A stretch of DNA of 54,931 nucleotides from the NCBI GenBank assembly GCA_012026655.1, contig JAAILG010000264.1, forward strand, positions 62,001-116,931, in the 5' to 3' direction. Source of the DNA: Hydrolagus affinis. Taxonomy: Eukaryota. Numbering within the stretch: position 1 is the stretch's first letter; each line of letters starts with the position of its first letter. Position numbers and translations under genes: made by a program. Below, in pieces: positions 13,775-26,793 of this stretch. The notes under the pieces were generated by a model. The model saw only the letters and a list, made by a program, of their open reading frames with translations. It had not been told where the DNA came from and did no database searches.

Positions 13775-14725
13775 TGGTAAAAGTGTTGTAAAATTAGCTG
13801 CTTGGATTGAAAATTAGCTCGAGAATGGAAAGTGGAAACTGACAAATGGACATTGCTACAAATGGGGAAGCAATTATTTGCGGAGATTCTAGGGAACAAT
13901 TTGGGAAGAAAATGGGGCAAGATGGGGAATTCCAGTTCCCTAGAATTAAAGATACAATCTTTTATCTTTAATCCGGGATTCAGTAAAACGTGGTATAAAA
14001 ATATCATACGACAAATGAACGTATATATAGAGTAATTATGAAACAAGTACCTCAATGATTTAAAATGACTGACAATAGTGAAAATTAAGTCCTCACATTC
14101 ATTTCTAAATGGCATTTGATTGCAAGTGAGAAGAGGCTGATGTGAAGATTGTGTGCAATGATGAACGGAACATGCTTCATCGAAGAAGAACATGGTTTAT
14201 GGAAGAACATCGAAGGTTTCAGAGGATATAGTATTACTACTTCACTAATTGAATTTAGTTCCTCTTTATTGAAGAAACATAAATTTTGGGAGCAGTCATG
14301 ATCAAAGTGTTTTTTTTCAAATTGTAAGGACAACAATAATAGTACTTCCATTTAATATAATGCCTCATATGGGTCTCACGTGGTTTACTATAAAGCATAG
14401 TGACTGTGTATTTGTAGGCAAATATGGATATAAGTGGGTTATTAAACAGGAGCTGTAGTGGTAGGGCTGGAAGACATGAATACAAAATTAACCAGCCTTA
14501 AGCAAGACGAGAGATTAAAAGAAATTGCAAGAAAATTATTTCCCCGCAGAGCAGCATATGTGTAGAAGAGGATCCCTCCAAAAGCAATTAATTTGATGTC
14601 AATCTAATTCCTCTAAAAAGGTGATGGAGGATATCAGGTTAGCAAAAGGACTGAAGGTTATTCGGATACGTGTAGACATCGATGGTCAAATTGCTGAACA
14701 ATTTGCCTCCAATCCTGAAGGACTA
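13775..14725 (+). mobile_element. Highly decayed CR1 LINE ORF2 and 3' remnant
   Basis: AWIEN*L at about 13800 resembles the CR1 RT motif WIxNWL; RAGRHEYK and ARKLFPRRAAYV*KRIP at about 14463-14577 resemble TRGHxxK and RKxFFSQRVVxxWNxLP; motifs occur in the expected order, but continuity between them is uncertain. Confidence 0.5.
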
Positions 14726-15034
14726 TGTATGGGAGGATCATCTGTGGAGTGCGACCCATCCTAGTTCAACATACCTTAAAACATCAGCACTGCATCTTAG
14801 TAATTTCACTTGATTGTCTAAATGCCAAGAAGCACACATCATTTTCTCTTTCTAGAAGTTTTAAAGTAGGCTGAATCCACACTAATGCAAACTGGAAGGG
14901 AGACAACTAACTGCCCGATATTGTCCCATTCATTCTTTCACTTCTTACCATTCCCTTACCAGTATTAGGGAATCACTTTGTTCTTGTTCAATAGGACTGA
15001 GATTGCCACCATAAAACTTCTTTTTCTTTTTGCA

Positions 15035-15250
15035 TATGTCGTCTTTACTTTCAAGATCTTTCACAGCCTTGCCTCCTCCTATCTCTCCGACCTACTGGCT
15101 CTCTATGAACCTGCCCACCCACTCTGTAGAGCAGGCTCCAGTCTGCTCCTCTCCCTTGCTCAGGTCCTGATCTTACTGTTCAGCTCCTTGGGACGTCCTC
15201 CCAATGTGAAAGGCACTCTATAAATGTAATTTTGTTGTGTTGTTGTTGTC
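15035..15250 (+). mobile_element. L2 LINE 3' end with internal deletion
   Basis: Encodes FTFKIFHSLASSYLSDLLALYEPAHPLC (L2 motif FKxLHGLAPxYLSDLLxxYxPxRxLRS) joined directly to the family-b tail ccttgggacgtcctcccaatgtgaaaggcactctataaatgtaattttgttg. Confidence 0.88.
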
Positions 15251-15251
15251 T

Positions 15252-15310
15252 TGGACGGCCACCTGAATAGGCAGATGGGGTCTCAATTTCAAATCTCACC
15301 TGAATGCTGT
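15252..15310 (-). mobile_element. Short Deu-core SINE fragment
   Basis: ccacctgaataggcagatggggtctcaatttcaaatctcacctgaa resembles 34084-34132 and the recalled DeuSINE core. Confidence 0.55.
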
Positions 15311-17580
15311 AAATGAACCAGGCTGATGCTAAGTTTTTAGAAAGAGATTTAAACTTTCCTTCTGTCGCTTGTTGTTTGCATTGAATATCAGTTTTTATTG
15401 TCTCTTATTCTCATTTGTCCCCCACAATGTCCTTCAAAAAAAATTCAAAGTATCTTCTGCTTTACCTTGCGTCCTTATTCAAGAATGAAGACCTTCTTTT
15501 GAGTTTCGTGTAGGAAACAATGACGATAAAAAGAAGGTAACATCCGTCTCACAAAAGCAATTTGGTTCTCGCAATTCCCGTAAACCATTTCTGCTCATGA
15601 GGAATCAACCGTTGATGTCAATGATGCTAAAGTTAAGCACTGTACATTGTTGCCAGCTTCAAAATCATGCAAATGAACATCTGTCGACGAGCGAAACCTC
15701 AACATTTCAGGGAAGGTAAACAAAGTTATTTGTGTTTTCACTCTACGCTCACCGCCAGCACTCTCACCTCCATCAGAAGGTTGTCGGAACAAGTCCTATG
15801 TCGGGACTTTGAGCTCATAGTGCAGTGCTGGGGGAGCAAAGCACTCACTAACTCATTGCTGAAACCATTTTGTTTTGCAGGGAAAAAAACATTGACTCAG
15901 GAATTGACACAGTTGTAATGCTCTTTGCAAATGACAATCCTTGTAATACAAATTTAGCCACTTGGTTCTTTCTACAATGGGTGGTGGGGGTGGGGGGGAG
16001 GGTCCCATTCTCCACAGTCACATCATATGTCAAGTCACTCTTAAAGGTAAAATGAGACAAATATACATCAACTAATGATCGAGCCACACTGATACTTTCT
16101 TGTTTGTGTGCGATGTTTGTGAGAGGCATCAATTAGTAAAGAAAGAGACACTAATTCTATTGAGAACCATGGATGAAATTGGGGAAAAGCAACGAGAATC
16201 TGCAAGGATAAATGATGCCGCAGAGTTGCTTAGCTCCAGAATCAGAGATATTATCGTGAAAGCTTTCATGGCATTCCTCTCAATATTGCAAGTGGGCCAA
16301 TCATTGGTCTAACTCAATATATATAATATATATATATATAGGGCAAATTATAGTATATCTCAAGAGATGAATGTTCCTTACCCTCTCTTCCGAATACTGT
16401 ATATGTTGCTAAAATAAATGTGGATATATTGTTCATGCACTTGCGAATATTTTACCTTCAAGGCATCCATCCACCGATCTCCAGACTTCATTGTTTGTCT
16501 CAATGAGCCTTGGGTTGTATTGATCTCTCCAATTCACATTCATACAGTGAAATGTCATCCTCCAAGCCCAGTGAGTCCTCAACATACAAACTAGTCAATG
16601 CTTTGTGATAGAACTTCCTCCTAATAGCATATCATTGCTTTCTTTCCAGAAGCAACAGTTGAATTTTGGCACCAGCAAAATGTGACAGCAGGCTGAGAAC
16701 AGTGGGATAAAATACACAGACAGCAGATCTGCCAGAGGCCATGGTTGAGAGAGAGGTGGGCCACAAATGGCTGCATTATGAATATGACTGCCCTTGGCTT
16801 TCACTTCCTTGGTATGACTGATGCACTGAGGTGACCAGCTTGTGAATTTATATCTTCAAAGCTATACAGTAATTTCATTACAAAATCGTTTTTCTCTCAA
16901 ATGTATTTCAAAGGAAAACGACATTCCAGGCATATTGAAGTAAAACTTGCTATTGTCAACGTTTTTTAAAAAAAAAACTTATTTCTAAAGTAAGACAACT
17001 TGGGGAGAATTTTTTGCAACACCAGCGACAGTAGTCGGATCCTAGGAGAATAATTTACTTATGACATAACATAGGTACATCATTTCTACCCTTAATGGTA
17101 TTAAAGATATCAACACAGTTTATATTGAAAAACAAATTTACAAAATAATCCCATCACTATTCGCTTCTCTCTGTTCATATTTCCTCTTTTTTTTTATCTC
17201 TTTTTCCAAGCAAATCCTTCTCGTTCACTATTGCACCTGTATGCTTCGCTCAGCAAGACTGTTTTTCTAAAAGAAAACACTTTCCAAGTCTTCTTATGCA
17301 CTTCTTTTGATATTTATTTTATTGTCTGATGCATTCAATTCTTCTCTCGATATCTCTTTTTCCATTTATATCCAATTCTTGCTTCAACGAGCTTAGACTA
17401 GACATCCTGCAAAGTGCTGAATGACCTATTACCTGCGATCAAGCCTCCATAAATTCATCCTCAATCATGTTTCTGCTGCAATATTCAATATATCAAGATC
17501 AATTTAATTTTAATTCGTGTGAAGGATGAACCACAGCATATCCTCAAAAAAGTTAAACTGAAGGTGACATCAGTACAATC

Positions 17581-17870
17581 AGCACTCGCCTCACAAGCGA
17601 GAAACTGGGTTCAATTCCCGGCAGAGTGAAACCTTGGGTAAGTTTCTTTCCTCCACATGCCTGATAATGATCTCTCAAAGAAAAAACAACAATAATAATT
17701 TGGTCACTTCAATCCACGACTGTTTGTGGGACACTGCTGTGCACAATTTGGCTGCCGCATTTCACCCACAAATATACAATCAATTCACTTTACAGTATAT
17801 TATGTGAAGCGCTTTGAGACATCTAGAAGATGTGAAAAGCTCTATATCAAATGCAAGGATTATTATTAAT
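17581..17870 (+). mobile_element. tRNA-derived SINE (head type B), lacking the A box
   Basis: agcactcgcctcacaagcgagaaactgggttcaattcccgg followed by the shared body and tail. Confidence 0.95.
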
Positions 17871-18577
17871 ACACTGCATAATTTCTAACTCTGGATAACA
17901 TGAATTGCAGTTCAGCATTGCCACGTCGAAATCTCTACTTATGGGAGCCCACAAAGTATTCACTTCATATACTGTACAACTAAAAACAAACAAAACTGAA
18001 TTGTGCTTGCTTCCCAATAGTAGGCTAGGTCCAGCTTTTTAATTATGTGTAACCCACTTGTCTGTACAAGAATGAAATATCGTTATATGTTAATTGAAGA
18101 AATTGTCTTTGTTCGCTGGTAAAAAAATAAAAATCTTTGTCCTTCCACTCAAATTTGAAATTGTTATCAAACAGAATCTGAATCCTTATAATATACAGTA
18201 TATATAAAAAATTCTCTGAAACGAAGAATGACCAGTTCAGGAGCTACAACTCAAAACGATTAGTTAAGGACAGTTTAAACATTAAGAGTACAAAGTACGG
18301 TTTCACGTTGCATTGATATGGTTTCATATTAGCCGATGTACATTTACACCCAATCATTTGCTACCTCGAGTTTGATTCTATATCTGTATTCCTTAGGCAT
18401 TGATCCATTAGGCTTAGCTATCAACGCAATACATACTGTCACAAAAACATTCGACAAGTCCAGTTGCTCACTCCCCAACAACTCAGGATAAAAATATCAA
18501 TTACCTCAGATGGGTTATAAAAGCAAAATCCTTGTGATACTTTCTGAGTGTATTCGGTTATGTGGCTTGACAGATGC

Positions 18578-18642
18578 AACAAAACAAGAACAAATTGCAT
18601 TTAAATAGCACCCTACACGCGAGGTATCATCCTCGAGCAACA
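18578..18642 (-). mobile_element. Decayed L2-type tail stub
   Basis: aacaagaacaaattgcatttaaatagcaccctacacg. Confidence 0.45.
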
Positions 18643-19675
18643 GATAGGTAGAAAGGAAGAAATACTAAAAGAAAGACTAAAAGGCATGAACTGATATTCA
18701 ACACACCTGCCGCCTAATGTGAACGATTTGTAGGTTTTGTAAAGAGTGAATTCTGTTGGTACCTGGATGTGTTTCCAGCCAAGCTTTACTTGGATACCAG
18801 TGTTAGTTTGGGATTTCCGTGAAGCTCAATTGCTGCTCGCTGGTCCCTGGCAGGAGATGGATATCCAAACGGAAGTTCCATCGTTTTTGGGGTGGGGGGG
18901 GGGGGGTCAACAATTTTAAAAGTATCCAAACCCCAAACCAAATGGGAGTTCCAGGCATCCCACACTTGTCTAATTTACATGCTTCTAATTCACTGAACAA
19001 ATCCCCCCCGAAAAATTACATTTACTTATATATTGCATTTGATTTGGCCTTATCTTAATTATTAGCGATATGCTAAAACCCCTGATGAACACATCCATCA
19101 TTTATTATCAACTCTCTTCCCATTTTGCTCTGTGATCTAACTGTCGGCATTAGATTTTTAAATTGCCACGAGATTCACGCAGGATTTTTGTTCCTTCTTG
19201 AAGAAGCTTTAGAATTCACAAAACTTTTCTATTTTTCTCTCCATCTCTCTGGAAATCTCGAGCATTCGAGAAATCTTAAACACCTTTCAGATCTGGGAAT
19301 GGAGATTTATTTCCACAAATTTGAGAGTAAGTAGAGGTTCAAGATTTATTTGGATTCTTGTGAAATCCCACTAAATCAATCTGAGACATTAAAGGATGTT
19401 AAATTTGTACTGGCAATCCAAATTGTTCTGGGACTTTAAGTTGACAGTTTGGCAACACAAAATGTGAAAAAGTCTTTGCTGCTGACCTGCTTTTTCTCAC
19501 ATTTAACAACTACAAGATGAAATGCAGGTACATCTCTGTAACAATAACAAAATGAAAGAAAAAGGCTCTGAAATCTGGAATCCAACAACAAAATGATATT
19601 TACATTTATAAAATTCCATTCCATTCTTATTAATTGCAATAAACAATACACCTGAGTATTTTCAGTTTTTTTTGT

Positions 19676-20003
19676 ATTACTACTACTATTAGTAATAATC
19701 CTTACATTTAATATAGCACTTTTCACATCTTCTAGACGTCTCAAAGCCCTTCACAGAATATACTGTAAAGTGAATTGACTGTGTATTTGTGGGCAAAATG
19801 CGGCAGCCAATCTCGAACAGCAGTGTCCCACAAACAGGACTGAAATGACCAATTTTATTATGGTGTTTTTTTTTTTTGACGGATTATTATTAGGCACGTG
19901 GAGGAAGGAAACTTGCCCAAGGTTTCGCCCTGACCTGCCTGGATTCGAACACAGGTCTCAAGCTTGTAAGGCGAGTGCTCTAACTACTGAGCTACAGGAC
20001 TCC
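19676..20003 (-). mobile_element. tRNA-derived SINE, full length (head type A)
   Basis: Reverse complement starts ggagtcctgtagctcagtagttagagcactcgccttacaagc...gttcgaatccaggcagg and ends in a TTA/TAG-repeat tail. Confidence 0.96.
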
Positions 20004-22405
20004 ACGTGTTATAAGAGAAGAGCAAAATATCCTTAGATAAAACTACAGCTTTGTTTAATGTAATAACATGCATGGGCACACAACAATAAAATGTTCAATG
20101 TGCCTCAGGAACAATAGGTGAGTAAATGCCAGCACATGGATATTTACTGATTTGTCAAAGGAGCGACATGTTAATATCACAATAGGTTTCGAAAAATAGT
20201 TAAGATTTGTCTGTTTTTGTTTCCATTCACTGTTGCGGTTATTCAACCTGTTGAAATGTCAAGTTGACTATCAATCATTCTTAGCCTTAGAATGAGCTAA
20301 TAGACCGAACGGTTTGACTGATTAACAAATGTTCTGTAATGCTGTCACCCAAATCTTGTCCTAGAGACAGAACTCTTAATGATTTAACATGCTTTTGGGA
20401 GCAATACAAAACACACTACATTATTTATCATTTTACACACTTAAAGTGACCTGGCAGTTCAGGGTTAGAACCATGTCATTTGGGGTCAAATGAAAAATAA
20501 GACATTTTAAGAATCTTTACCATACACTGTGATACAGGCTGACATCACAGGATATTTCAAAGTGAACTGAACTGTAATCACCCTCTCAGTATTAAAGGAA
20601 TTGGGGTCAGGTCAATAGTGTACCCTCTGCAATCACTTAGCATTCCCTTTTCACTCTAAGATGACATAGCCTACTTTTAAAAATAGTCATTACCTATAAC
20701 CTACACTGCAATTGCAGGAACCATTTACAATGCTAAATTAAAGAGCCACATTGAAACCTCCGTATTTGCTAACTTAGATTGTAGTTCAAGGGCTGTAATT
20801 TGACGGAGGAAGAAGTCAACACGTAAAAAGGATCAATCTGACTTGGGTTACTCAGTAAAATGCTGTTATTCAGGTGTCTGCATTTGTCTTCTAAGCAGTT
20901 GTCCAACTAAGAATATATATTTTTCCAAACAGAAATGTATAATTATAATATTTATAATATGCAAGGCTTCCTTTTGTTTGTGAAACGACTAAAAATGTAG
21001 GGAACTTATCCTCCTTATATGCGTAACCCTTTTGTCATCTCCAATGACCTTTGTAATCATTGTTACAAGGCGATGGTTTTGAAGAGAGACGAGAAGTAAA
21101 CTCAACTCACAATGTGTTCTCAAACTGCCCTGTAATTTACCTGATCGACTCCAAAACACTTCCATTATACACTCCTGTGAATCACAAAATAATATGTTGT
21201 AAAGACAACTTGATAATAGTATGCTTGTCAACTCTCAATCAATGTAACTTCTGCATTAAGGTAGTTGTTTGCATTGTCTTTGGTTTGAAGGTATTGGGAA
21301 TGAGTAAAAAGCCTTGATTTGTTTTCATTGTTGCTTTCATGCTCAAACTTTACAATGTTGCCTGACACATGTGGAGCCTTCACTCAAGCCCTCATAATTC
21401 CATGCAATTTAATCAAAGGAAAATGTCACTATAGTTCACTTAAGCTTCAAGTGACACCAACCACAGTATAACATCTGCGTATCTATCCCAATGATCTAAA
21501 GATGTTGTACTATAGAGCCTACAGCGATTCTAGTATTGAGCTTGAATAGTATGTTTTAATTAATTTTATTTCGACATTTTTAGCCAATTATATGGTACAA
21601 CTTTGCTTCGCCATTCTTTCCAGCAAAAATCTAAGCACCATGATAAATATTACTTTATCACAGTAAAAGACTGGAAGCTTAACACAACAATGCTGCCAAC
21701 AACAATGGATTTCTAAATTGTGTTCTCGCTTTCAAAGTAAACGGTTCAATTAGACTTCAAGATACTTTAATGAGAGATTCTAAATTTCCCGCAGTAAAGA
21801 TGTGTGAATCAGTCGGAATAGCAAATGTTTTTTTCACAGTCTGAAAAATCTTCACTAATTTGACTTTTTTCCACTAGCGGTTGAAGCAAAGTCAGGTCAA
21901 ACACAAACTTGTTGCTCACTTTAAGAAATGCCAGGGAGATACAATACTCAAACCTTACCTGGTGACAATATTACAGAAATAAATATGTTGACTTTGAAAC
22001 CACTTTCATGTCTTTAAAAAATTATCTGTTTCAGGTTTGAAGAAACAGCTACCGATTATTTCATCTAAGCTAACATTTTAAAACACGAGAATATATTGAA
22101 CCCCATTCATTATAATGGTCATTGTTATACTATCAGATACTATTTTTTTAACATTTTAAACAAAAATTACATTTGTACAGTATTTTTCATGTCAAGAGAA
22201 CATCCCATGGCGCTACAGAGCAGACTTTGCTTGTGAGCAACTTGGAGGACTTGCCTTTAGATTTTACTTGTAGGTGTTAAAATCAGTTTGGTAAGAAGCC
22301 CAGTCATCCCTGTTTCCCATTGTATGGAAGCTTGTTTCACTTGTAGCACACTATTTGTACAGTGATTATCACTGACCCAAGTTATCTTTAGCCTCAAGTG
22401 TCCAA

Positions 22406-22478
22406 GATGGATAGAGACAGACGGACGGACCAACCAACTGACCGATCCCAAACCACCCATCCACCCACTGACAGACCA
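22406..22478. repeat. Decayed tetranucleotide microsatellite
   Basis: gatggatagagacagacggacggaccaaccaactgaccgatcc...ccatccacccactgacagacc keeps a 4-nt period. Confidence 0.7.
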
Positions 22479-23149
22479 AAAGGATCACTGACCCTCCTGC
22501 AAGAAGGCTCAACGATGGTTTTGTTCTCTCTGTCTGTCATTTCTTTTTCTTTGACTAGCTTTTCCTCTCAGCGTTAGTTAAGGTTTTCTTAAATCATTAA
22601 AAGGCGCATTATCTGCACAAACCGCAGCAATGTCAATATTTAGATTTATAATTAATGTCAGTTACCTTCTAACCTCTGTTGTTCAACAATCAACCTAAAA
22701 ACATTTGGGATGCACAAAAAACACCAGCTCGTGCAAACTCAACTCAAATATTTGCCCAGAAAAACCCCCCCTGGCAATGATTACCTAATATATCTGAAGC
22801 TAAAATAAAATCTAACGGGTGATACTAAGAATCCATGAATGTTTCTTCCCCTCTTTCGAAGCCAGTGCTTTTCCTATTTGACATGCAATATTACCACGAG
22901 GAGCAGCATAACAGAAAGGATCAGTGGAAACTCTTTGGAATATTTACCCTTTCTATCAATTCCGTTCAACTCCTCTTTAACCTTTAAACAATTCAGTGCC
23001 TCTAAAATTAATGTCAAAAGAATGGACATTAGATTCTGGTTTAATTGGCTTAAGCACAATAGTTCAATGTGTAAGCAATCCTGGATAGACTTTAAAATAT
23101 GCAATAATTGTCTGCAATAATAAAAATATACCAATAGAAAAATCCTCAC

Positions 23150-23404
23150 AATAAAAATCCTTGCATTTGATATAGCTTCTCATAATAATGCTAATAATAA
23201 TAATAATCCTTGCAATTGATATAGCAGTTTTCACATCTTATCGACGTCTCAAAGCGCTTCACAGAATATACTGTAAAGTGAATTGACTGTATATTTCTTC
23301 GAGACATCTCAAAGTGCTTCACAAAATACACTATAAAGTGAATTTACTATATTTTGGGGGCGAAAGGCAGCAGTCAATTGCGCACAGCAGTGTCCCACAA
23401 ACAA
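23150..23404 (-). mobile_element. SINE 3' half with tandemly repeated tail segments
   Basis: aatccttgca-ttgatatagc occurs twice and tctcaaag-gcttcaca-aata-act-taaagtgaatt occurs twice, followed by the body. Confidence 0.92.
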
Positions 23405-23837
23405 TAGAACCCAAAAGTAGACTTTTGGCCTACTAACGCAGTTCAAAACTTTAGTTCTAATGCAACGTAAAAGAAACAACCACAGTAATACATTTCCAAA
23501 TCAGTCACAATATTTTGATGATGCTGGATCATGTCAAAACCAAAATCAACAATGGCATATTATTCAAAAATATCACCAATTGAGAATATCTGTGAGTGCA
23601 TTTTCTAATTCCATTTTATAGCGTTCCAAATCGAAATGTACGATAACATGTACTTTTTTTGTAAATACCGATTTTCAGATTATTTGTTCAGATCAAATAA
23701 TAAAGATTGCTACATTCAAACGGGCACTGCCGTAAAACACTTGTAAAACATCGTAATAAACCCGTGAACTGGCATGTATTTTACAACAACGAAAATAGAA
23801 TTTGCTTATTCTGAGCCACAGGGTCTATAACTGACTG

Positions 23838-23900
23838 TTCAGCGGCTTGGGACATCCTCCTGAAAGGCGCCCTATAAATGTAATTTTGTTGTTGTTGTTG
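23838..23900 (+). mobile_element. L2 3' tail stub (family b)
   Basis: cagcggcttgggacatcctcctgaaaggcgccctataaatgtaatt(ttg)n. Confidence 0.85.
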
Positions 23901-24364
23901 TATAAAACACAGAGTTGGGTAAACCTGAAATTCCCCCTTTCCTCTTAACATTCCCTGGCAACTAATCATTGAGAGGCATTTCCAGCAAGGATGCAAATGT
24001 CTGCATCTGGACCACTGCTGTACTCCTGCTGACAAGGATATTGCTTGATGGCAAGTGCCTTTGTGCAAAAGAAAAGAAGCAAAACTGGGGTATAATATGA
24101 ATAAATGCAAAAGGGAAAAAAGGCACAGTTGTAAGCACATTTCGCACGAACAAGAGAAGACAGTCAAATAGCCGTTTATCAAATGCTGATACCGTTTACT
24201 CCGTTAGAATGCCACAGATCACAAGGGAAGCGCTATGCACAGGTCACTTCAAGGTTTCAGGCAAAAGTCTGACTCTCTCTGTTACTGCCCGCGCACTCTC
24301 TCCACTCCCCCCCCACCCCCCACCCCTCCAGTCCTGCACCCCTCGGGTACACTCCTACATCAAT

Positions 24365-24585
24365 GGGGCCCATTGCCTCTGTGCAAAGATTGACTGGCCC
24401 ACTGCACCCCATCGATCTCCTTTAAACCTACTGAATAATAAATTTCACGACAACACAGCGCAGGCTGACTAAAACCCTTTAATTACATCACTGCTGAAAG
24501 GAAATCATTGATCAGTGGCATTATGGGAAATTAAACTGCCCCCAAAACTGGATCAAAGTCAATGAAATGGCTGATGAGCTCTCCC
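24365..24585. promoter_or_regulatory. Candidate conserved non-coding enhancer
   Basis: Repeat-free block with taataaa, taattac and gatcaaag (TCF/LEF-like) motifs; inferred from motif content only. Confidence 0.3.
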
Positions 24586-26419
24586 TAGTTGGGACCCATG
24601 GTGGATTAGTGATTGTCGACACACAGAGGAAGCTTTGCCATCATGCCCTGCCTGCAGTCCTATTGAAGCGCTCCCTAGCAGGTGTCATGCTCTGAGCATG
24701 GTTTTTGATTACTCTAATTAAATATAATACTATCAACAGACCTTCATATCGATCCTGCTGGAAACCCCTACTAAATGGAAAATTAAAAGCATTTCAAGAG
24801 GAATGGGGAGGAGGATCAGGGCAGTCATGCTAAGTCCAAACTCATATCAATTTCCCACACAATGTATCTTTATGACACGCATCTATATTAATGCGATTTT
24901 TTCTCTTTCTTGTTGGCGGAATATGTGTAATGAACCTACTAATCCGACAACATAATCTGGTTCTGATTTGTCTTTTCAATATTAGTCTTTTAATAAAATT
25001 ATTATAGCATTAAACTGAAGCGAAGGCACATGGAAGGCAGAACAAATATCAAGGCAGCTAAATTGTGCAAAATAATTGATGGTGACAAAGATTGCATTTT
25101 ATGTTTCATCTTGCATTTTGACCATTAGCGATAATCTGGATAATTCATCATTTCCATAACTTGCATTACTTTACAATATTGTTAAAGTGAACTGCAGCTT
25201 CCTGATAAGGGCTGAAAATATCTTTTTTTTTAAAAACTGTCAGGCAATGATTTGAGAGAAGGAAACAAACCTCACAGTTAATTTTGACGATACTACTTTT
25301 TAACCCGCTGCCTTCTTCTGGGAATCATATGAAAATCAAAGTAGCACATTATAAATAAAGTGTGATATATGAGATCTCACTCCAGATTTAAATGCTCATT
25401 TGGGGCTGAGTTCCATCACACACACGCACACACACACAATCCTCATGTATTGTGATTAGAATGGTACAATTACTACCAATGGAATAATTGTTACATAAAA
25501 CACCTACAGTATTTCATCATTCAGATTAAAACTTTGAATAAATTGCCTACCAAAACGTATCAAATGCCACTTCCCTTGACTCCAGGCGCAATGGCTATGA
25601 ACATGAACTAACACAGAGCTATCCAGTTGCCACATACCATATAGATGTTAATATTGAAATCTATAATTGATGTCAGTTATGCTAACAACTTCATCCATAC
25701 AACCTAAATATTTTTCATTGGATCAGGCACTGACTGGCTGCGACCATCTACATCCCCATATTATTATTCCAATTCCCTTAGGTGGCTCTTGTTGCCTAAG
25801 CCAAATAACAGCAACCTGTTGTTCAGTGTGTCTGTAAAACCCAGCCTGCTGGCTAATTTATCCATGGATTAATACTTTGAGAACCCTCCAACCTGCTGCC
25901 ATGTTTCCGTACTGAAATCCTGCCAGTTGGGGCAACCCTGCCAAAAGCAGAGAGGTCACTTGTAAATAATTGATACACAAAGCATGAACTATTTCCCCGC
26001 CACCTGTGTTTCAAAATAGTAATAAACAAACGCGAGAGAAAGAGCTTAATGTCTGAGGCTGCAATACAGTCTGAAAACTAACGAGTTGGTAGGGCTCGGA
26101 AGTCTGGGTTAGGAAAGCCTCATACCGTGACCCACACTTATAACTGTGCTGAAGAAATATTGTATCGTAAAGAGATACTATGCTTTGAATGATTGGTTAA
26201 AACCAGGTGCTGTCTGTCTGCTTATTCAGGTGGATCTAAAACGTTTCATGGTACGATTTCAACACACTGCAGGAAAATTCCTGGTTCTGTCCCAAACTCT
26301 TCAGAACAGTAGATATTCAATTCATTAAGCCCATTGCATTATTTTACGAGATATTTGCATCCCATTTCCCCAACTTTTCTCCTTATCCTAATGCCCCTTC
26401 TCAGTTCTGTAAAGATTCA

Positions 26420-26662
26420 TTTCCTAACCTGTTTGTTAAATATTGCACCAGTCAGTGTGTGCGCGCATTTCCTATTTTCATAATCTTATTTATCATATTT
26501 TCATATATCATTTATCACATTTTGTTCTGATTTGCTTCTAACAGTTTGAATTTTAAGATAATATCCCCTGGTTTTGGGGATCTGGTGTCTTTCTACCAAG
26601 AGGCAAAGTTATTCCCTGCCCAGCTTCCCGATTCCTTTTTTAATTTTTATTTAATTTAATCT
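26420..26662 (-). mobile_element. Decayed CR1 ORF2 C-terminal remnant
   Basis: The reverse complement around 26550-26579 encodes PKTRGYYLKI, similar to CR1 TRGHxLKI. Confidence 0.5.
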
Positions 26663-26673
26663 CAGTGTGCGAA

Positions 26674-26793
26674 ATAATAATAAATAATAATCCTTGGATT
26701 GATATAGTGCCTTAACATGTCTTCCCGACGCCTCAAAGTGCTTCACAGAGTATACTGTAAACTGAATTCATTCAAAATATATTTTGTGGGCAA
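26674..26793 (-). mobile_element. SINE 3' tail fragment
   Basis: aataataatccttggattgatatagtgc...caaagtgcttcacagagtatactgtaaa. Confidence 0.85.

Noticed and set aside
13717-14193. 158-aa minus-strand ORF
   Set aside because: Antisense to a probable decayed CR1 remnant; no recognisable protein.
17150-17520. Possible decayed CR1 endonuclease remnant on the minus strand (IEDEFMEA)
   Set aside because: A single weak motif, too degraded to support.
21953-21990. Minus-strand CAG|GTAAGG recursive-splice-like site
   Set aside because: Weak pyrimidine tract, host gene and strand unknown, and such motifs are expected by chance in 55 kb.
24571-24620. Hammerhead ribozyme core (ctgatgag)
   Set aside because: No stem II closed by GAAA and no stem III or cleavage triplet arrangement.
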